Source of the DNA: a virus
Lineage: Duplodnaviria > Heunggongvirae > Uroviricota > Caudoviricetes
DNA: 24,770 nucleotides
IMG/VR virus record: IMGVR_UViG_2671180298_000004
Reading direction: 5' to 3' (one strand)
The notes under the pieces were generated by a model. The model did no database searches. It was given only the letters and a program-made list of their open reading frames with translations, and was not told the DNA's origin. Positions 11,265 through 19,246 of this stretch are shown piece by piece. Numbering within the stretch: the stretch's first letter is position 1; every line of letters starts with the position of its first letter. The position numbers were made by a program, and so were the translations under genes.

Positions 11265-11477
11265 TTGTCCCGTAAAATGACAGGAATTGTCAAAACCTTT
11301 GACGGCAAAAGCGGCAAGGGTCTTATCACCCCATCCGATGGTCGTATCGATGTCCAGCTTCATGTTTCAGCGCTCAATCTCCGCGATGCAGAAGAAATTA
11401 CCACCGGATTACGCGTGGAATTTTGCCGGATAAATGGTCTGCGTGGCCCTTCAGCTGCCAATGTTTACCTTTCATGA
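11265..11477 (+). CDS. cspF: Cold shock protein paralog CspF (70 aa), divergent from cspB.
   Basis: CspA-family fold with divergent sequence [39 protein letters not shown]... Confidence 0.9.
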
Positions 11478-11531
11478 GCTATATTAAAGCTTTAATTTCA
11501 GGCCCCATCGGATCACACATGGAGAGTTTTT

Positions 11532-11621
11532 ATGAATAACCCCGTCTGTCTTGATGACTGGTTGATTGGCTTTAAAAGCTTATGCTGTACTTTGGCCGTA
11601 ATAGCTCTGCTAATAATATAA
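11532..11621 (+). CDS. Candidate 29-aa peptide with a hydrophobic C-terminus ([29 protein letters not shown]).
   Basis: ATG 11532 with GGAGAG 7 nt upstream; downstream of cspF and upstream of the terminator near 11772. Confidence 0.25.
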
Positions 11622-11771
11622 TAAGCAGACTCATTGTGTTTAGGGACATTGTACTGGAAGAAAACATTTTAAACATCAGGCAAATAACCAAGTCACCAGC
11701 TAAATAATAAGTTAACAGACATGAGTCCCGGGATGAGATTCAACATTACCATTGCCCCATTTAAAGCACAA

Positions 11772-11800
11772 AACCCGCTCATCAGCGGGTTTTCTACTTT
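11772..11800. terminator. Intrinsic terminator (ACCCGCT-CATC-AGCGGGT) with U-rich flanks on both strands; candidate tR' for a short PR' transcript on the minus strand.
   Basis: 7-bp GC-rich stem, TTTTCTACTTTTT on the plus strand and TTGTGCTTT on the minus strand. Confidence 0.6.
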
Positions 11801-11838
11801 TTCTTAACGTCGGGTATACAAAGCCCATCGTTGAAAAA

Positions 11839-11867
11839 ATTTTATCCATATTTTTTGAAAAATGCAA
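11839..11867 (-). promoter_or_regulatory. Candidate late promoter PR' just downstream of Q: -35 TTGCAT, 17-bp spacer, -10 TAAAAT.
   Basis: Sigma-70-like hexamers with 17-bp spacing read on the minus strand, ~30 bp downstream of the quuQ stop and ~45 bp upstream of the hairpin. Confidence 0.4.
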
Positions 11868-11898
11868 ACATCATGTCGCCATCTTCAGCAAAAATCAT

Positions 11899-12651
11899 TT
11901 ATCTCGTCACCTTCCTCAATTGCGCTTCCGCGTATGCTTCTTCCTGCCAGCACTTTGTTACCAGTTTACCAATGACGTCCGCATACCCCTTATACCACTG
12001 ATAATCGGTCAGGTCTGGTACCAGCTTCTGGACATGACGTCGTGCCAGCGTGGTCGGTAAACGACTAAACCGGTTTCCATTACAACGCCCACAAATCTTA
12101 TATACCGGTACGCCATGAAACCGGGTTCTTTTTTCATCCAGAACAATCCCTTTACCCTTACACCCTCTGCACGCTGTGCTGGCTTCGCCCTTACCATGGC
12201 AATGCTGACATAGTTCCTTCACCCATTCTTCCTTGATTACAGATTCCCCGCGTCTGTAGTGTTTCACCACTTCGCGCAATACATTATAAAATCCCGTACC
12301 TGAACAATGCTCACAGCGAGCCTTACTTGCCGCAGACCTGGAGTAATCAGCAAAGGCAAAACTCACGAGGTAAGGAATAATCTGTAACCGGATTTCTTCA
12401 CTCAATTTGTTCAATGTCGGGTTATCCAGTGCCATCGCGTAATTTAGCAGGCCTTCAATCGCAAACTGAGGGTCCTGAACACCAACTTTTGCCAGAAATA
12501 AGGCCAACCCAAGTGGTGCTTTCGACTGCACCATCCCCTGCGCTGCCATTACATCCGTAATTGTTAAACAACCGGTGCCTGTCGCTGGAGCGTCATCGCT
12601 CAATTTTGGAGATTTTGGGGAGTAATATTTTGGTAAGGCTTCAAGGTTCAT
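11899..12651 (-). CDS. quuQ: Late-gene antiterminator Q (250 aa from ATG 12651; the longer listed ORF overlaps ydfU).
   Basis: Cys-rich zinc-binding region (CEHCSGTG ... CQHCHGKG ... CRGCKGKG ... CGRCNG) typical of Q proteins; GGAG Shine-Dalgarno 9 nt upstream of ATG 12651. Confidence 0.85.
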   Translation of the reverse strand: MNLEALPKYYSPKSPKLSDDAPATGTGCLTITDVMAAQGMVQSKAPLGLALFLAKVGVQDPQFAIEGLLNYAMALDNPTLNKLSEEIRLQIIPYLVSFAFADYSRSAASKARCEHCSGTGFYNVLREVVKHYRRGESVIKEEWVKELCQHCHGKGEASTACRGCKGKGIVLDEKRTRFHGVPVYKICGRCNGNRFSRLPTTLARRHVQKLVPDLTDYQWYKGYADVIGKLVTKCWQEEAYAEAQLRKVTR

Positions 12652-12664
12652 GCTCGTTCTCCAC

Positions 12665-13714
12665 TTACGCCAGTACGCCAATTGTCAGCGCGCGATCGAT
12701 AAAACGAAATATCAGCTCCAGTTGGGAGCCATACTTATCTTCAAATGCCACTGTATCCGTATGCAGCTCGTTGTGATGCTTTCTGCACAAAGGCAACACA
12801 AAGAGATCATGTGCTTTTGTTCCCATTCCGCCCTGCCCGTGACCAATCAGATGATGCGGATCGTCGGCTGGCATACCGCAGCAAGCACACGGCTGTGTCT
12901 TAACCCAACGTGTGTATTTCTCCTTAACCCAGCGGCGACGTTTAGGCAGCTTCATGAAAGATTCCGGAGACTCTGGATCAACGGTGATGCTTACCACCGT
13001 CTTTTCCTGTGGTGATTTTTGTTGCTGGTGGGCGTAAGGCAACGGTGCAAGATTTTTTGTGCGTTGTTTCAATATGCTGGTGGCGGTCTGCTCTCCCGGT
13101 ACGATGTCGCTTTCGCGGTACACCGAGCAGATTTTTTCCGCTGGTAATCCCAGCGAACGACGCGATACAGCCTCAGGTAGTGCATCCACCACCTGATTGC
13201 AGACCGCCCACCAGGATAATTCAGCCAAAGATAATTCCCGCTCCTGCGTACCGCTTATTGCGTGACGGATGACGTCAATCACCCATGCTGTCAGATTTTG
13301 TTGAGCAAGCAGCTCCAGTGATTCCGATGTCTGGTCACGCAGTTGGTTGTCGCAGTGCCAGCACAACACCATTGCGCCGGTACCATAACGGTGAATGACT
13401 GTTTCAGTGTGATGGTAATCGCCATTAGGCCACTGGCAGGATGTAACATGACGTAATAGCCAGTCGGACAATGCGCCAACGCCGCCAGCAGCACGAATCA
13501 CCCGTTCGTTACTAAAAAACGGCAGCAATGTTTTGTCTTCCGCCAGCGGCTGGCGAACGGCAGGAACGACTCCGGATGGCAGATTACGCATGCTTTTTGG
13601 TTCCGGTTCCACCAGCACTCGAGGATTATGAAATATCTGTATGGATTCACGGCCCGGCTTAAGGACCACCAGCCCAAGCTCAGGCACCAGAACAGGTCTA
13701 AGTAATACCCGCAC
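12665..13714 (-). CDS. ydfU: YdfU (DUF968-type) protein, 349 aa from a GTG start; C-terminus carries an HNH-like CxxC ... HH ... H motif.
   Basis: ORF track; C-terminal CACCGMPADDPHHLIGHG ... CRKHHNELH; GTG start at 13714 gives the 349-aa length I recall for K-12. Confidence 0.75.
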   Translation of the reverse strand: MRVLLRPVLVPELGLVVLKPGRESIQIFHNPRVLVEPEPKSMRNLPSGVVPAVRQPLAEDKTLLPFFSNERVIRAAGGVGALSDWLLRHVTSCQWPNGDYHHTETVIHRYGTGAMVLCWHCDNQLRDQTSESLELLAQQNLTAWVIDVIRHAISGTQERELSLAELSWWAVCNQVVDALPEAVSRRSLGLPAEKICSVYRESDIVPGEQTATSILKQRTKNLAPLPYAHQQQKSPQEKTVVSITVDPESPESFMKLPKRRRWVKEKYTRWVKTQPCACCGMPADDPHHLIGHGQGGMGTKAHDLFVLPLCRKHHNELHTDTVAFEDKYGSQLELIFRFIDRALTIGVLA

Positions 13715-13715
13715 G

Positions 13716-13994
13716 TTACCTCCAGATCCGTTGCTGGAAAGTGCGGGACGCACGTGGTGGGCGTTCGGAATAAGGCAGCCTGACAGAGATTATCCAGTGC
13801 CGATAGTCGAGACTGAGAGCTTTCTTAACCTCGAACCCGCGCCTGCGGTAAGAATGAATCAGCCATTCGGCCTGTTCTGCAGTGCATGGAGGGTGCTGGA
13901 ACCATTCAGACTTGAATGCGTGAGAATACCGCCCGTGCGTGCAGGCAAGAACGGGCGAATTATCAGAATTGTAATATTTTGCGTTGCGTGCCAT
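13716..13994 (-). CDS. Hypothetical 92-aa protein translationally coupled to ydfU.
   Basis: GGAG Shine-Dalgarno 8 nt upstream of ATG 13994; stop TAA at 13716-13718 lies 1 nt before the ydfU GTG start. I cannot place this gene in my memory of the K-12 map. Confidence 0.55.
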   Translation of the reverse strand: MARNAKYYNSDNSPVLACTHGRYSHAFKSEWFQHPPCTAEQAEWLIHSYRRRGFEVKKALSLDYRHWIISVRLPYSERPPRASRTFQQRIWR

Positions 13995-14060
13995 CGGTTT
14001 TCTCCGGTGGCACGGTGTTACTCAGCGGGAGTTCAGCCCCGCGCAAGATTGTAGATGAGT

Positions 14061-14312
14061 TTATTCTCCTGAAAAAGCAGAAAAGCCAGCTTTTATTCCG
14101 ATCTCTTTCAATGCCTGTAATGAAGTGACAAACTCACCTTCGCGCAAGATAAATCCGTCCGTGACCCGAGCATCCACAAAATTAATTAACGCAGCCCCAT
14201 TCTTTCGCAAACACATAATGCGGTAATGACTAACAAGATTTCCATTTTCAACGCACACAGCATAGAGGCCATCTTCACAAAAAATTTTACGCAGTTCTTC
14301 GATGTTCATCAT
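14061..14312 (-). CDS. rem: Rem-like protein (83 aa) upstream of nothing else before the hokD terminator; own promoter likely.
   Basis: GGAAGGA Shine-Dalgarno 5 nt upstream of ATG 14312; length matches the 83 aa I recall for Rem; name assigned by size and position, not by remembered sequence. Confidence 0.55.
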   Translation of the reverse strand: MMNIEELRKIFCEDGLYAVCVENGNLVSHYRIMCLRKNGAALINFVDARVTDGFILREGEFVTSLQALKEIGIKAGFSAFSGE

Positions 14313-14390
14313 CAGAATCCTTCCGGATAATTAGCTCTCCCCTTTAAGGGACCATCCCTCTTATCCCTGCGCGCTACTTAAGTATTTTTG

Positions 14391-14420
14391 ATTCTATTCC
14401 GGCACCGTCCAGAACTTCAA
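14391..14420 (-). promoter_or_regulatory. Candidate sigma-70 promoter for rem (-35 TTGAAG, 18-bp spacer, -10 TAGAAT).
   Basis: Hexamers read on the minus strand about 75 nt upstream of the rem start, just downstream of the hokD terminator. Confidence 0.3.
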
Positions 14421-14430
14421 ACGCGTTGAA

Positions 14431-14460
14431 AATAAAAACAAAAACCCGCCGAAGCGGGTT
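14431..14460 (-). terminator. Intrinsic terminator of the relB-relE-hokD operon (AACCCGC-TTCG-GCGGGTT followed by a long T-run on the minus strand).
   Basis: 7-bp GC stem with tetraloop and TTTTGTTTTTATTTT 3' on the minus strand, 70 nt after the hokD stop. Confidence 0.75.
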
Positions 14461-14528
14461 AAGTGCGGGTGCGTTGAGGATGCCTGCCACATCAGAGGTG
14501 GCGAGGGATTTCTCCCCCGCCGGGTCTC

Positions 14529-14684
14529 TTACTCCTCAGGTTCGTAAGCTGTGAAGACAGCGACCTCCGTCTGGCCGGTTCGGATTCGTACCTCGCAGAG
14601 GTCTTTCCTCGTTACCAGTGCCGTCACTATGACGGTTAAACAGATGACGATCAGGGCGATTAACATCGCCTTTTGCTGCTTCAT
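14529..14684 (-). CDS. hokD: Hok-family type I toxin HokD (RelF), 51 aa.
   Basis: Manual translation MKQQKAMLIALIVICLTVIVTALVTRKDLCEVRIRTGQTEVAVFTAYEPEE; below the ORF-track cutoff. Confidence 0.9.
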   Translation of the reverse strand: MKQQKAMLIALIVICLTVIVTALVTRKDLCEVRIRTGQTEVAVFTAYEPEE

Positions 14685-14755
14685 AGCCTGCTTCTCCTGT
14701 CAACGCAAAGCAGAAGTGTCACCTTCGGTGCGAAACAGAGATGTCATGCTTTGGT

Positions 14756-15043
14756 TCAGAGAATGCGTTTGACCGCCTCGCTATATACTTCCGAGCGTTC
14801 TCTTTTCCCAACAGAAATCACGAAAACGACAACTTTCTCGTCTATAACCTGGTATACAAGGCGATAGCCTGAAGACCGGAGCTTAATCTTGTAACAATCA
14901 GGCATACCACGGAGCTTGTTTGCTTCAATCCGGGGTGACTCAAGTACTTCAACCAGCTTCTTTTTCAACTGTTCACGTACCGTCGAGCCCAGCTTTCGCC
15001 ATTCCTTTAGTGCCCGCTCGTCAAAATCCAGAAAATACGCCAT
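14756..15043 (-). CDS. relE: RelE mRNA-interferase toxin (95 aa).
   Basis: Sequence MAYFLDFDERALKEWRKLGSTVREQLKKKLVEVLESPRIEANKLRGMPDCYKIKLRSSGYRLVYQVIDEKVVVFVISVGKRERSEVYSEAVKRIL matches RelE from memory. Confidence 0.95.
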   Translation of the reverse strand: MAYFLDFDERALKEWRKLGSTVREQLKKKLVEVLESPRIEANKLRGMPDCYKIKLRSSGYRLVYQVIDEKVVVFVISVGKRERSEVYSEAVKRIL

Positions 15044-15282
15044 CAGAGTTCATCCAGCGTCACACGTACTGGCTTAGGATTACGAAGCCGTTCTTTCACT
15101 ATCTCCACAAGTTCAGCATCTTCATCACTCAGGAGTGTCTGTTTGAACGGCAAGCGTTCATTGTCAGCGATATACTCGAGCATGAGACGAAGCGCTTCAG
15201 AAGGAGTTACACCCATTTTTTCAAGCGCGGCGTAAGAACGCGCTTTAAGTTCATCGTCAATACGCAGGTTAATGCTACCCAT
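15043..15282 (-). CDS. relB: RelB antitoxin (79 aa).
   Basis: Sequence MGSINLRIDDELKARSYAALEKMGVTPSEALRLMLEYIADNERLPFKQTLLSDEDAELVEIVKERLRNPKPVRVTLDEL; stop overlaps the relE start. Confidence 0.95.
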   Translation of the reverse strand: MGSINLRIDDELKARSYAALEKMGVTPSEALRLMLEYIADNERLPFKQTLLSDEDAELVEIVKERLRNPKPVRVTLDEL

Positions 15283-15284
15283 GT

Positions 15285-15360
15285 CTTACACCTCTTGTAA
15301 TTACAAATGTCATTACAAGTATCGCACTACAACATGCTTAGGGCAAGTCACGAAGGAAGT
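15285..15360 (-). promoter_or_regulatory. relBE promoter/operator region (relO) with repeated TTGTAAT / ATTACAA hexads and an AAGAGGTG Shine-Dalgarno.
   Basis: Plus strand 15294-15320 reads CTTGTAATTACAAATGTCATTACAAG, containing inverted TTGTAAT repeats directly upstream of relB. Confidence 0.6.
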
Positions 15361-15612
15361 CAGAAAGTAGTCGTAAGAACGGTGATCACTGTCCGCTTTG
15401 TGCCAGGAGCAGCCATTGCTAAGTCCATCCTGTATTGTGCAGGTCAGCTCGTTTTTAAAGAGTCCGGCCATCATCTTACTGGTACAGACACCATATACTT
15501 TGTGACGGTCAGGCTACATATGCACAACTCAACTTATTCATCTATTTTTTGCTTTAGCATGTCAGTGTTGCTTTCTCGTCGGCGGGTGAGCGGTGACCTG
15601 ACCTGTCGATAA
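15307..15612 (+). CDS. ydfV: YdfV-like ORF (101 aa); doubtful because its 5' end overlaps the relBE operator.
   Basis: ORF track; length matches the K-12 annotation as I recall it; no clear Shine-Dalgarno. Confidence 0.35.
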   Translation: MSLQVSHYNMLRASHEGSQKVVVRTVITVRFVPGAAIAKSILYCAGQLVFKESGHHLTGTDTIYFVTVRLHMHNSTYSSIFCFSMSVLLSRRRVSGDLTCR

Positions 15613-15764
15613 AGGAACGTAACACGTTTTATGCAACACCCGCATGCGGCAGAAAATTATTGCCGAACGTTTACCCCTGTCAACAAGCTTTACTTTCTGA
15701 GGCGCGCCAGCCCGCGAGGAAAACAATCTGAACATCAAACAATTAATGACACAAGAAATACGAT

Positions 15765-15791
15765 TAAAGATTTTTTTGTGCATGCCGATAG
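15765..15791 (+). promoter_or_regulatory. Sigma-28 (FliA) promoter of flxA: TAAAGATT - 11 nt - GCCGATAG.
   Basis: Close match to the sigma-28 consensus TAAAGTTT-N11-GCCGATAA, 24 nt upstream of the flxA start; AAGGAGA Shine-Dalgarno at 15803-15809. Confidence 0.75.
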
Positions 15792-15814
15792 TGCTTTTTT
15801 AAAAGGAGAAATCT

Positions 15815-16147
15815 ATGTCTGTCACAATTCAGGGAAATACCTCAACCGTTATTTCAAACAACTCCGCCCCGGAAGGAACATCAGAAATAGCCAAAATCAC
15901 AAGACAAATTCAGGTGCTGACTGAAAAGCTTGGGAAAATCTCATCGGAAGAGGGGATGACGACACAGCAGAAAAAAGAAATGGCTGCATTGGTACAGAAG
16001 CAAATTGAAAGCCTCTGGGCTCAACTGGAGCAGTTGTTAAGGCAGCAGGCAGAGAAAAAGAATGAAGACGCGACAGTTCAGCCTGATAAAAAAGAAGAGA
16101 AAAAAGACGATACAAATACCGCTGGCACCATTGATATTTACGTCTAA
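15815..16147 (+). CDS. flxA: FlxA (110 aa), FliA-regulated protein.
   Basis: ORF track; Gln/Glu/Lys-rich coiled-coil-like protein; preceded by a sigma-28 promoter. Confidence 0.9.
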   Translation: MSVTIQGNTSTVISNNSAPEGTSEIAKITRQIQVLTEKLGKISSEEGMTTQQKKEMAALVQKQIESLWAQLEQLLRQQAEKKNEDATVQPDKKEEKKDDTNTAGTIDIYV

Positions 16148-16161
16148 GTGACAGCCGTATT

Positions 16162-16184
16162 GTGGCCCTCATCGGGCCACTTTT
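16162..16184 (+). terminator. Intrinsic terminator of flxA (GTGGCCC-TCATC-GGGCCAC followed by TTTT).
   Basis: Perfect 7-bp GC stem and T-run 15 nt after the flxA stop. Confidence 0.8.
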
Positions 16185-16340
16185 CGCCATCAGCCTTTTC
16201 TTTAAAGACATATTATCTTTGTATCATTTCTGATAGTTAACATTACAAGATATAAGTAATGGACGCACTCCCAATTAGTCTATTTAAATCGCCACGAGTT
16301 TAACTGACAACCCATGATCAATTATGAATTGCAACTATTT

Positions 16341-17958
16341 CTGTAGTCACTTTTGTGGGGACAGTCCACAAAACTGCCAACTTCCGCTTCTTGCTCTTAG
16401 CGGACATTAGCATAGGCTATTTACCATAACGCCTCATTACGCGCACCGCCCAGACTGACTCAGCGCGTTTCTGGCATATCCCCGGTAAAACAAGTAACAA
16501 ACCACCCGAAAATGAACACCAGAAACGCGACTTAAGAATCTACCCTATGAATGGATATGCACTCAACCGAATCGATCTTGGTTTCAATCTTTTTTATCGG
16601 GATCAGGCTTCTTTTTAGGTAACTTCGGGGGCTTAACTTGCTGATGACTTTGCGTTCGGCGCGTAAGCCAGGGATGGTCAGCTTTAGGTTTAACATAGTA
16701 TTTTGAGCGTAAATCAATACGGGCATTATCCACTCGTTCATGGACACTCTTTTCATCATCCAGTGGTATAGGCTCCGGGCCATCAACATACTTTTCCCAG
16801 CCCAGCGCTTTCCCGTCATACAGAACGTTAATTTCACCGTCAAAGTTCTCGCATACAGTAACAACCGAATGCCTAAGTCGATATCCCCGGCCCTCACTGC
16901 GTACCTGAAACGCACTGCTTTTGTACTGGAAAGTGAGATTTTTAGACAGAACGCGCTTCGCCTGTAGGCTGAAGATATAACCCAGTTCCTCTTCAGAATG
17001 GTGCACATCAAGATGAGCATTATCAGTAGTACGAGGCGACGTAGCGAACCGGTTGTTATAGGCTTCAATAAAGGTCGGCAACCATGCATTTGCTGTTTCA
17101 ATATCACTGATATTCTGAAGCCGCATTTCTTTGACCAGCCTGTCCTGTAGTGTCTGATTGGCGCGCTCTACCCGCCCTTTTGCCTGCGGGCTGTTGGCAT
17201 GGATTGGCTCGATGCCCAGTGTCTTTATCGCACGAGTGAACTGGGTCAGCTCACCTTCCCGCTCTGGGTTATTTACCCTGAATATACTGTGTCTATCAGA
17301 GTAGAGAGCGAGCGGTACGCCATGATCATTAAGGTAACCCCGGAGGGTTTCCATGTAAGCCCGGGTTGTTTCAGCAGGCACAAAACGCAACGCCATCAAC
17401 GCACTGGTGGCATCATCAATGAAAACGATCAGTGTACATCTGGGGCCTCGATTTTCAAACCAGTCATGAGGTGAGCCATCAATCTGGATCAGTTCACCGT
17501 AAGATGGTCGTCGCATGCGGCGTTGATATATACGGGCAATTTTACGACGGCGTTCACGCCATAACCCCTCTTCTATCATCCACTTTCTGAGAGTTTCAAC
17601 GGATAAAGATAAACCGTGTATCTCGCGCAATTTTTCGCACGCAAACGTAGGTCCAAAATCAGCGTAACGGCCTTTGAGGAGTGAAATTACTGTTGCTCTG
17701 AATTCAGTAGAAAAGGAATTATTAGGACGCTTTCCACGTCGGTGGGAAACCAGACCAGAAGGCCCTTCATTTCTATACCGTTGCACCAGACGTTTAACCT
17801 GCCGAATAGAAATGCCAATGCGTGCCGCAGCTTGTTCCTGAATAATCTGAAGTCGGTGGAGTTCCTTATGACTCATCGTAACAGTCTCTTTGATCATGAA
17901 AAATCCCCCAGAGAATTGTCTGGGGACATTTTAGAATGGTTCAAAGGGGACATTACAG
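16341..17958 (-). mobile_element. Insertion sequence (~1.6 kb) carrying one DDE transposase gene; ends approximate, with imperfect terminal inverted repeats beginning CTGTA(G/A)T.
   Basis: Single 437-aa transposase ORF; candidate imperfect inverted repeats at 16341-16360 and 17939-17958; no clear target-site duplication found by eye. Confidence 0.45.
16584..17897 (-). CDS. DDE transposase (integrase-core / rve type with N-terminal HTH; IS481- or ISNCY-like), 437 aa.
   Basis: N-terminal HTH (IGISIRQVKRLVQRY); DDE core with ...IQIDGSPHDW..., ...IVFIDDATS... and ...QAKGRVERANQTLQD...; it is not the transposase of IS1, IS2, IS3, IS4, IS5, IS30, IS150 or IS186 as I recall them. Confidence 0.85.
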   Translation of the reverse strand: MIKETVTMSHKELHRLQIIQEQAAARIGISIRQVKRLVQRYRNEGPSGLVSHRRGKRPNNSFSTEFRATVISLLKGRYADFGPTFACEKLREIHGLSLSVETLRKWMIEEGLWRERRRKIARIYQRRMRRPSYGELIQIDGSPHDWFENRGPRCTLIVFIDDATSALMALRFVPAETTRAYMETLRGYLNDHGVPLALYSDRHSIFRVNNPEREGELTQFTRAIKTLGIEPIHANSPQAKGRVERANQTLQDRLVKEMRLQNISDIETANAWLPTFIEAYNNRFATSPRTTDNAHLDVHHSEEELGYIFSLQAKRVLSKNLTFQYKSSAFQVRSEGRGYRLRHSVVTVCENFDGEINVLYDGKALGWEKYVDGPEPIPLDDEKSVHERVDNARIDLRSKYYVKPKADHPWLTRRTQSHQQVKPPKLPKKKPDPDKKD

Positions 17959-18231
17959 CTTGGTGTTAACAATAGCCTGCTTCTCCGTGCCTTTCGGCAC
18001 GTAAGAGGCTAACCTACATGTGTCTAGCATGAAATTGGCCTCAGATTAATGTTAAGCGTCTTGCAGGACGCGTAATGTTAACTGGGGCTTTTCTCTATCT
18101 GCCGTTGGTGTCCATGCCCGAGGCAGATAGCCTCAAGCACCCGCAGTCATTCTACTTAACTAAGATTTCCCCGCAAACCGTTTTTGTCCAGCACAGTAAA
18201 TATCCAACTAAACCAATGGAGTTCGCTGTAT

Positions 18232-18411
18232 TTACCGCCAGTATTCAATGCACATGACCGCCATGAACACCCCTAAAAAAAGGGCATTTATATATCCAAA
18301 TATTAATATCAAAACATCAACTTTTTCCATATACCTTGCTGTGAAGATGATGGGCATACATGATGCGAACAACCAGAACGCAACAAACAAAAACTGCAAT
18401 GCGTTTTTCAT
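18232..18411 (-). CDS. Small two-TM membrane protein (59 aa from MKNALQF...).
   Basis: Consensus Shine-Dalgarno AGGAGG 5 nt upstream of ATG 18411; two hydrophobic helices (FLFVAFWLFASCMPIIF and LILIFGYINALFLGVFMAVM). Confidence 0.5.
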   Translation of the reverse strand: MKNALQFLFVAFWLFASCMPIIFTARYMEKVDVLILIFGYINALFLGVFMAVMCIEYWR

Positions 18412-18665
18412 TATTCCTCCTACAATCAATGTGCAATTACATTTAAACACACCTCAATTTGGCCGGACATATAAATATCTAAACCAGAAAAAATCACTTA
18501 CATAGCGTTACAAACTCTTTAGTCTAAAGGTTCATCGTAAAACATTCCCCATACTTATCAGTCCGTTCCGCGCCAGGTAGCTCATTGCCTTATCTGGCAA
18601 CCTGTAATCAGGTTTCCGCTTTTTCAGTTGGCTGGTCGTTTAACCGACATAGTTAATCCATTAAT

Positions 18666-18953
18666 CTAGTTGCCGGATGTTGGTGGATTTTCGCGTTTTA
18701 GTTGTTCATAAAAGTGCACAGCTTTAACCAGTTCTTCTGATGTAACTGGGACTGGTGAGGCAGTGAATAAGGCCTGAATTTGATAGTTCGGCCTGTCGTT
18801 ACAATCCTCTTTTTTCGGTACATATTTCCAGTCACCAGACCACTACTTCCCCTGAAAGTCCGTAACGCCTTTTTTCACGTAGCGATATCGCCATGCCACT
18901 GGTTTTGCTTGCCCCGCCGTTTCATGCCCTTCCTGATAATTAATCTCGCTCAT
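18666..18953 (-). pseudogene. 95-codon reading frame interrupted by a single in-frame amber codon (TAG at 18843-18845, minus strand).
   Basis: Manual translation MSEINYQEGHETAGQAKPVAWRYRYVKKGVTDFQGK-(TAG)-WSGDWKYVPKKEDCNDRPNYQIQALFTASPVPVTSEELVKAVHFYEQLKRENPPTSGN; divergent from ydfA. Confidence 0.45.
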
Positions 18954-19089
18954 TCATCGCCCCACTCATCACAATATGCTTCGACCGGAGTTTTTCCCGC
19001 TTCATAGTCATCACGCTAGGATTCGACATCAGCAGCACTTCCACCGCGTAACTCACCATACCCCAGCGTTAAGGGGAAATGAGGTCAGC

Positions 19090-19245
19090 ATGGATACTAT
19101 CGATCTTGGCAACAACGAATCTCTGGTGTACGGCGTGTTTCCAAACCAGGACGGCACGTTCACCGCAATGACGTATACCAAAAGCAAAACGTTTAAAACC
19201 GAAAATGGTGCCCGTCGCTGGCTGGAAAGAAACTCAGGTGAGTGA
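19090..19245 (+). CDS. ydfA: YdfA (51 aa).
   Basis: GAGG Shine-Dalgarno 6 nt upstream of ATG 19090; sequence MDTIDLGNNESLVYGVFPNQDGTFTAMTYTKSKTFKTENGARRWLERNSGE; ydfA-ydfB-ydfC-dicF-dicB spacing matches my memory of K-12. Confidence 0.8.
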   Translation: MDTIDLGNNESLVYGVFPNQDGTFTAMTYTKSKTFKTENGARRWLERNSGE

Positions 19246-19246
19246 T

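Noticed and set aside
14551-14867. Plus-strand ORFs overlapping hokD and relE
   Set aside because: They are antisense to confirmed toxin genes. I found no sok-like antisense RNA promoter, and hokD sits in the relBE operon.
16532-17107. 191-aa minus-strand ORF overlapping the transposase in another frame
   Set aside because: The transposase frame is continuous with all DDE motifs; the overlap is a frame artefact.
18976-19089. N-terminal extension of the ydfA ORF (MLRPEFFPLHSHH...)
   Set aside because: A GAGG Shine-Dalgarno sits directly upstream of the internal ATG at 19090 and the extension is His/Arg-rich low-complexity sequence; the 51-aa form is preferred.
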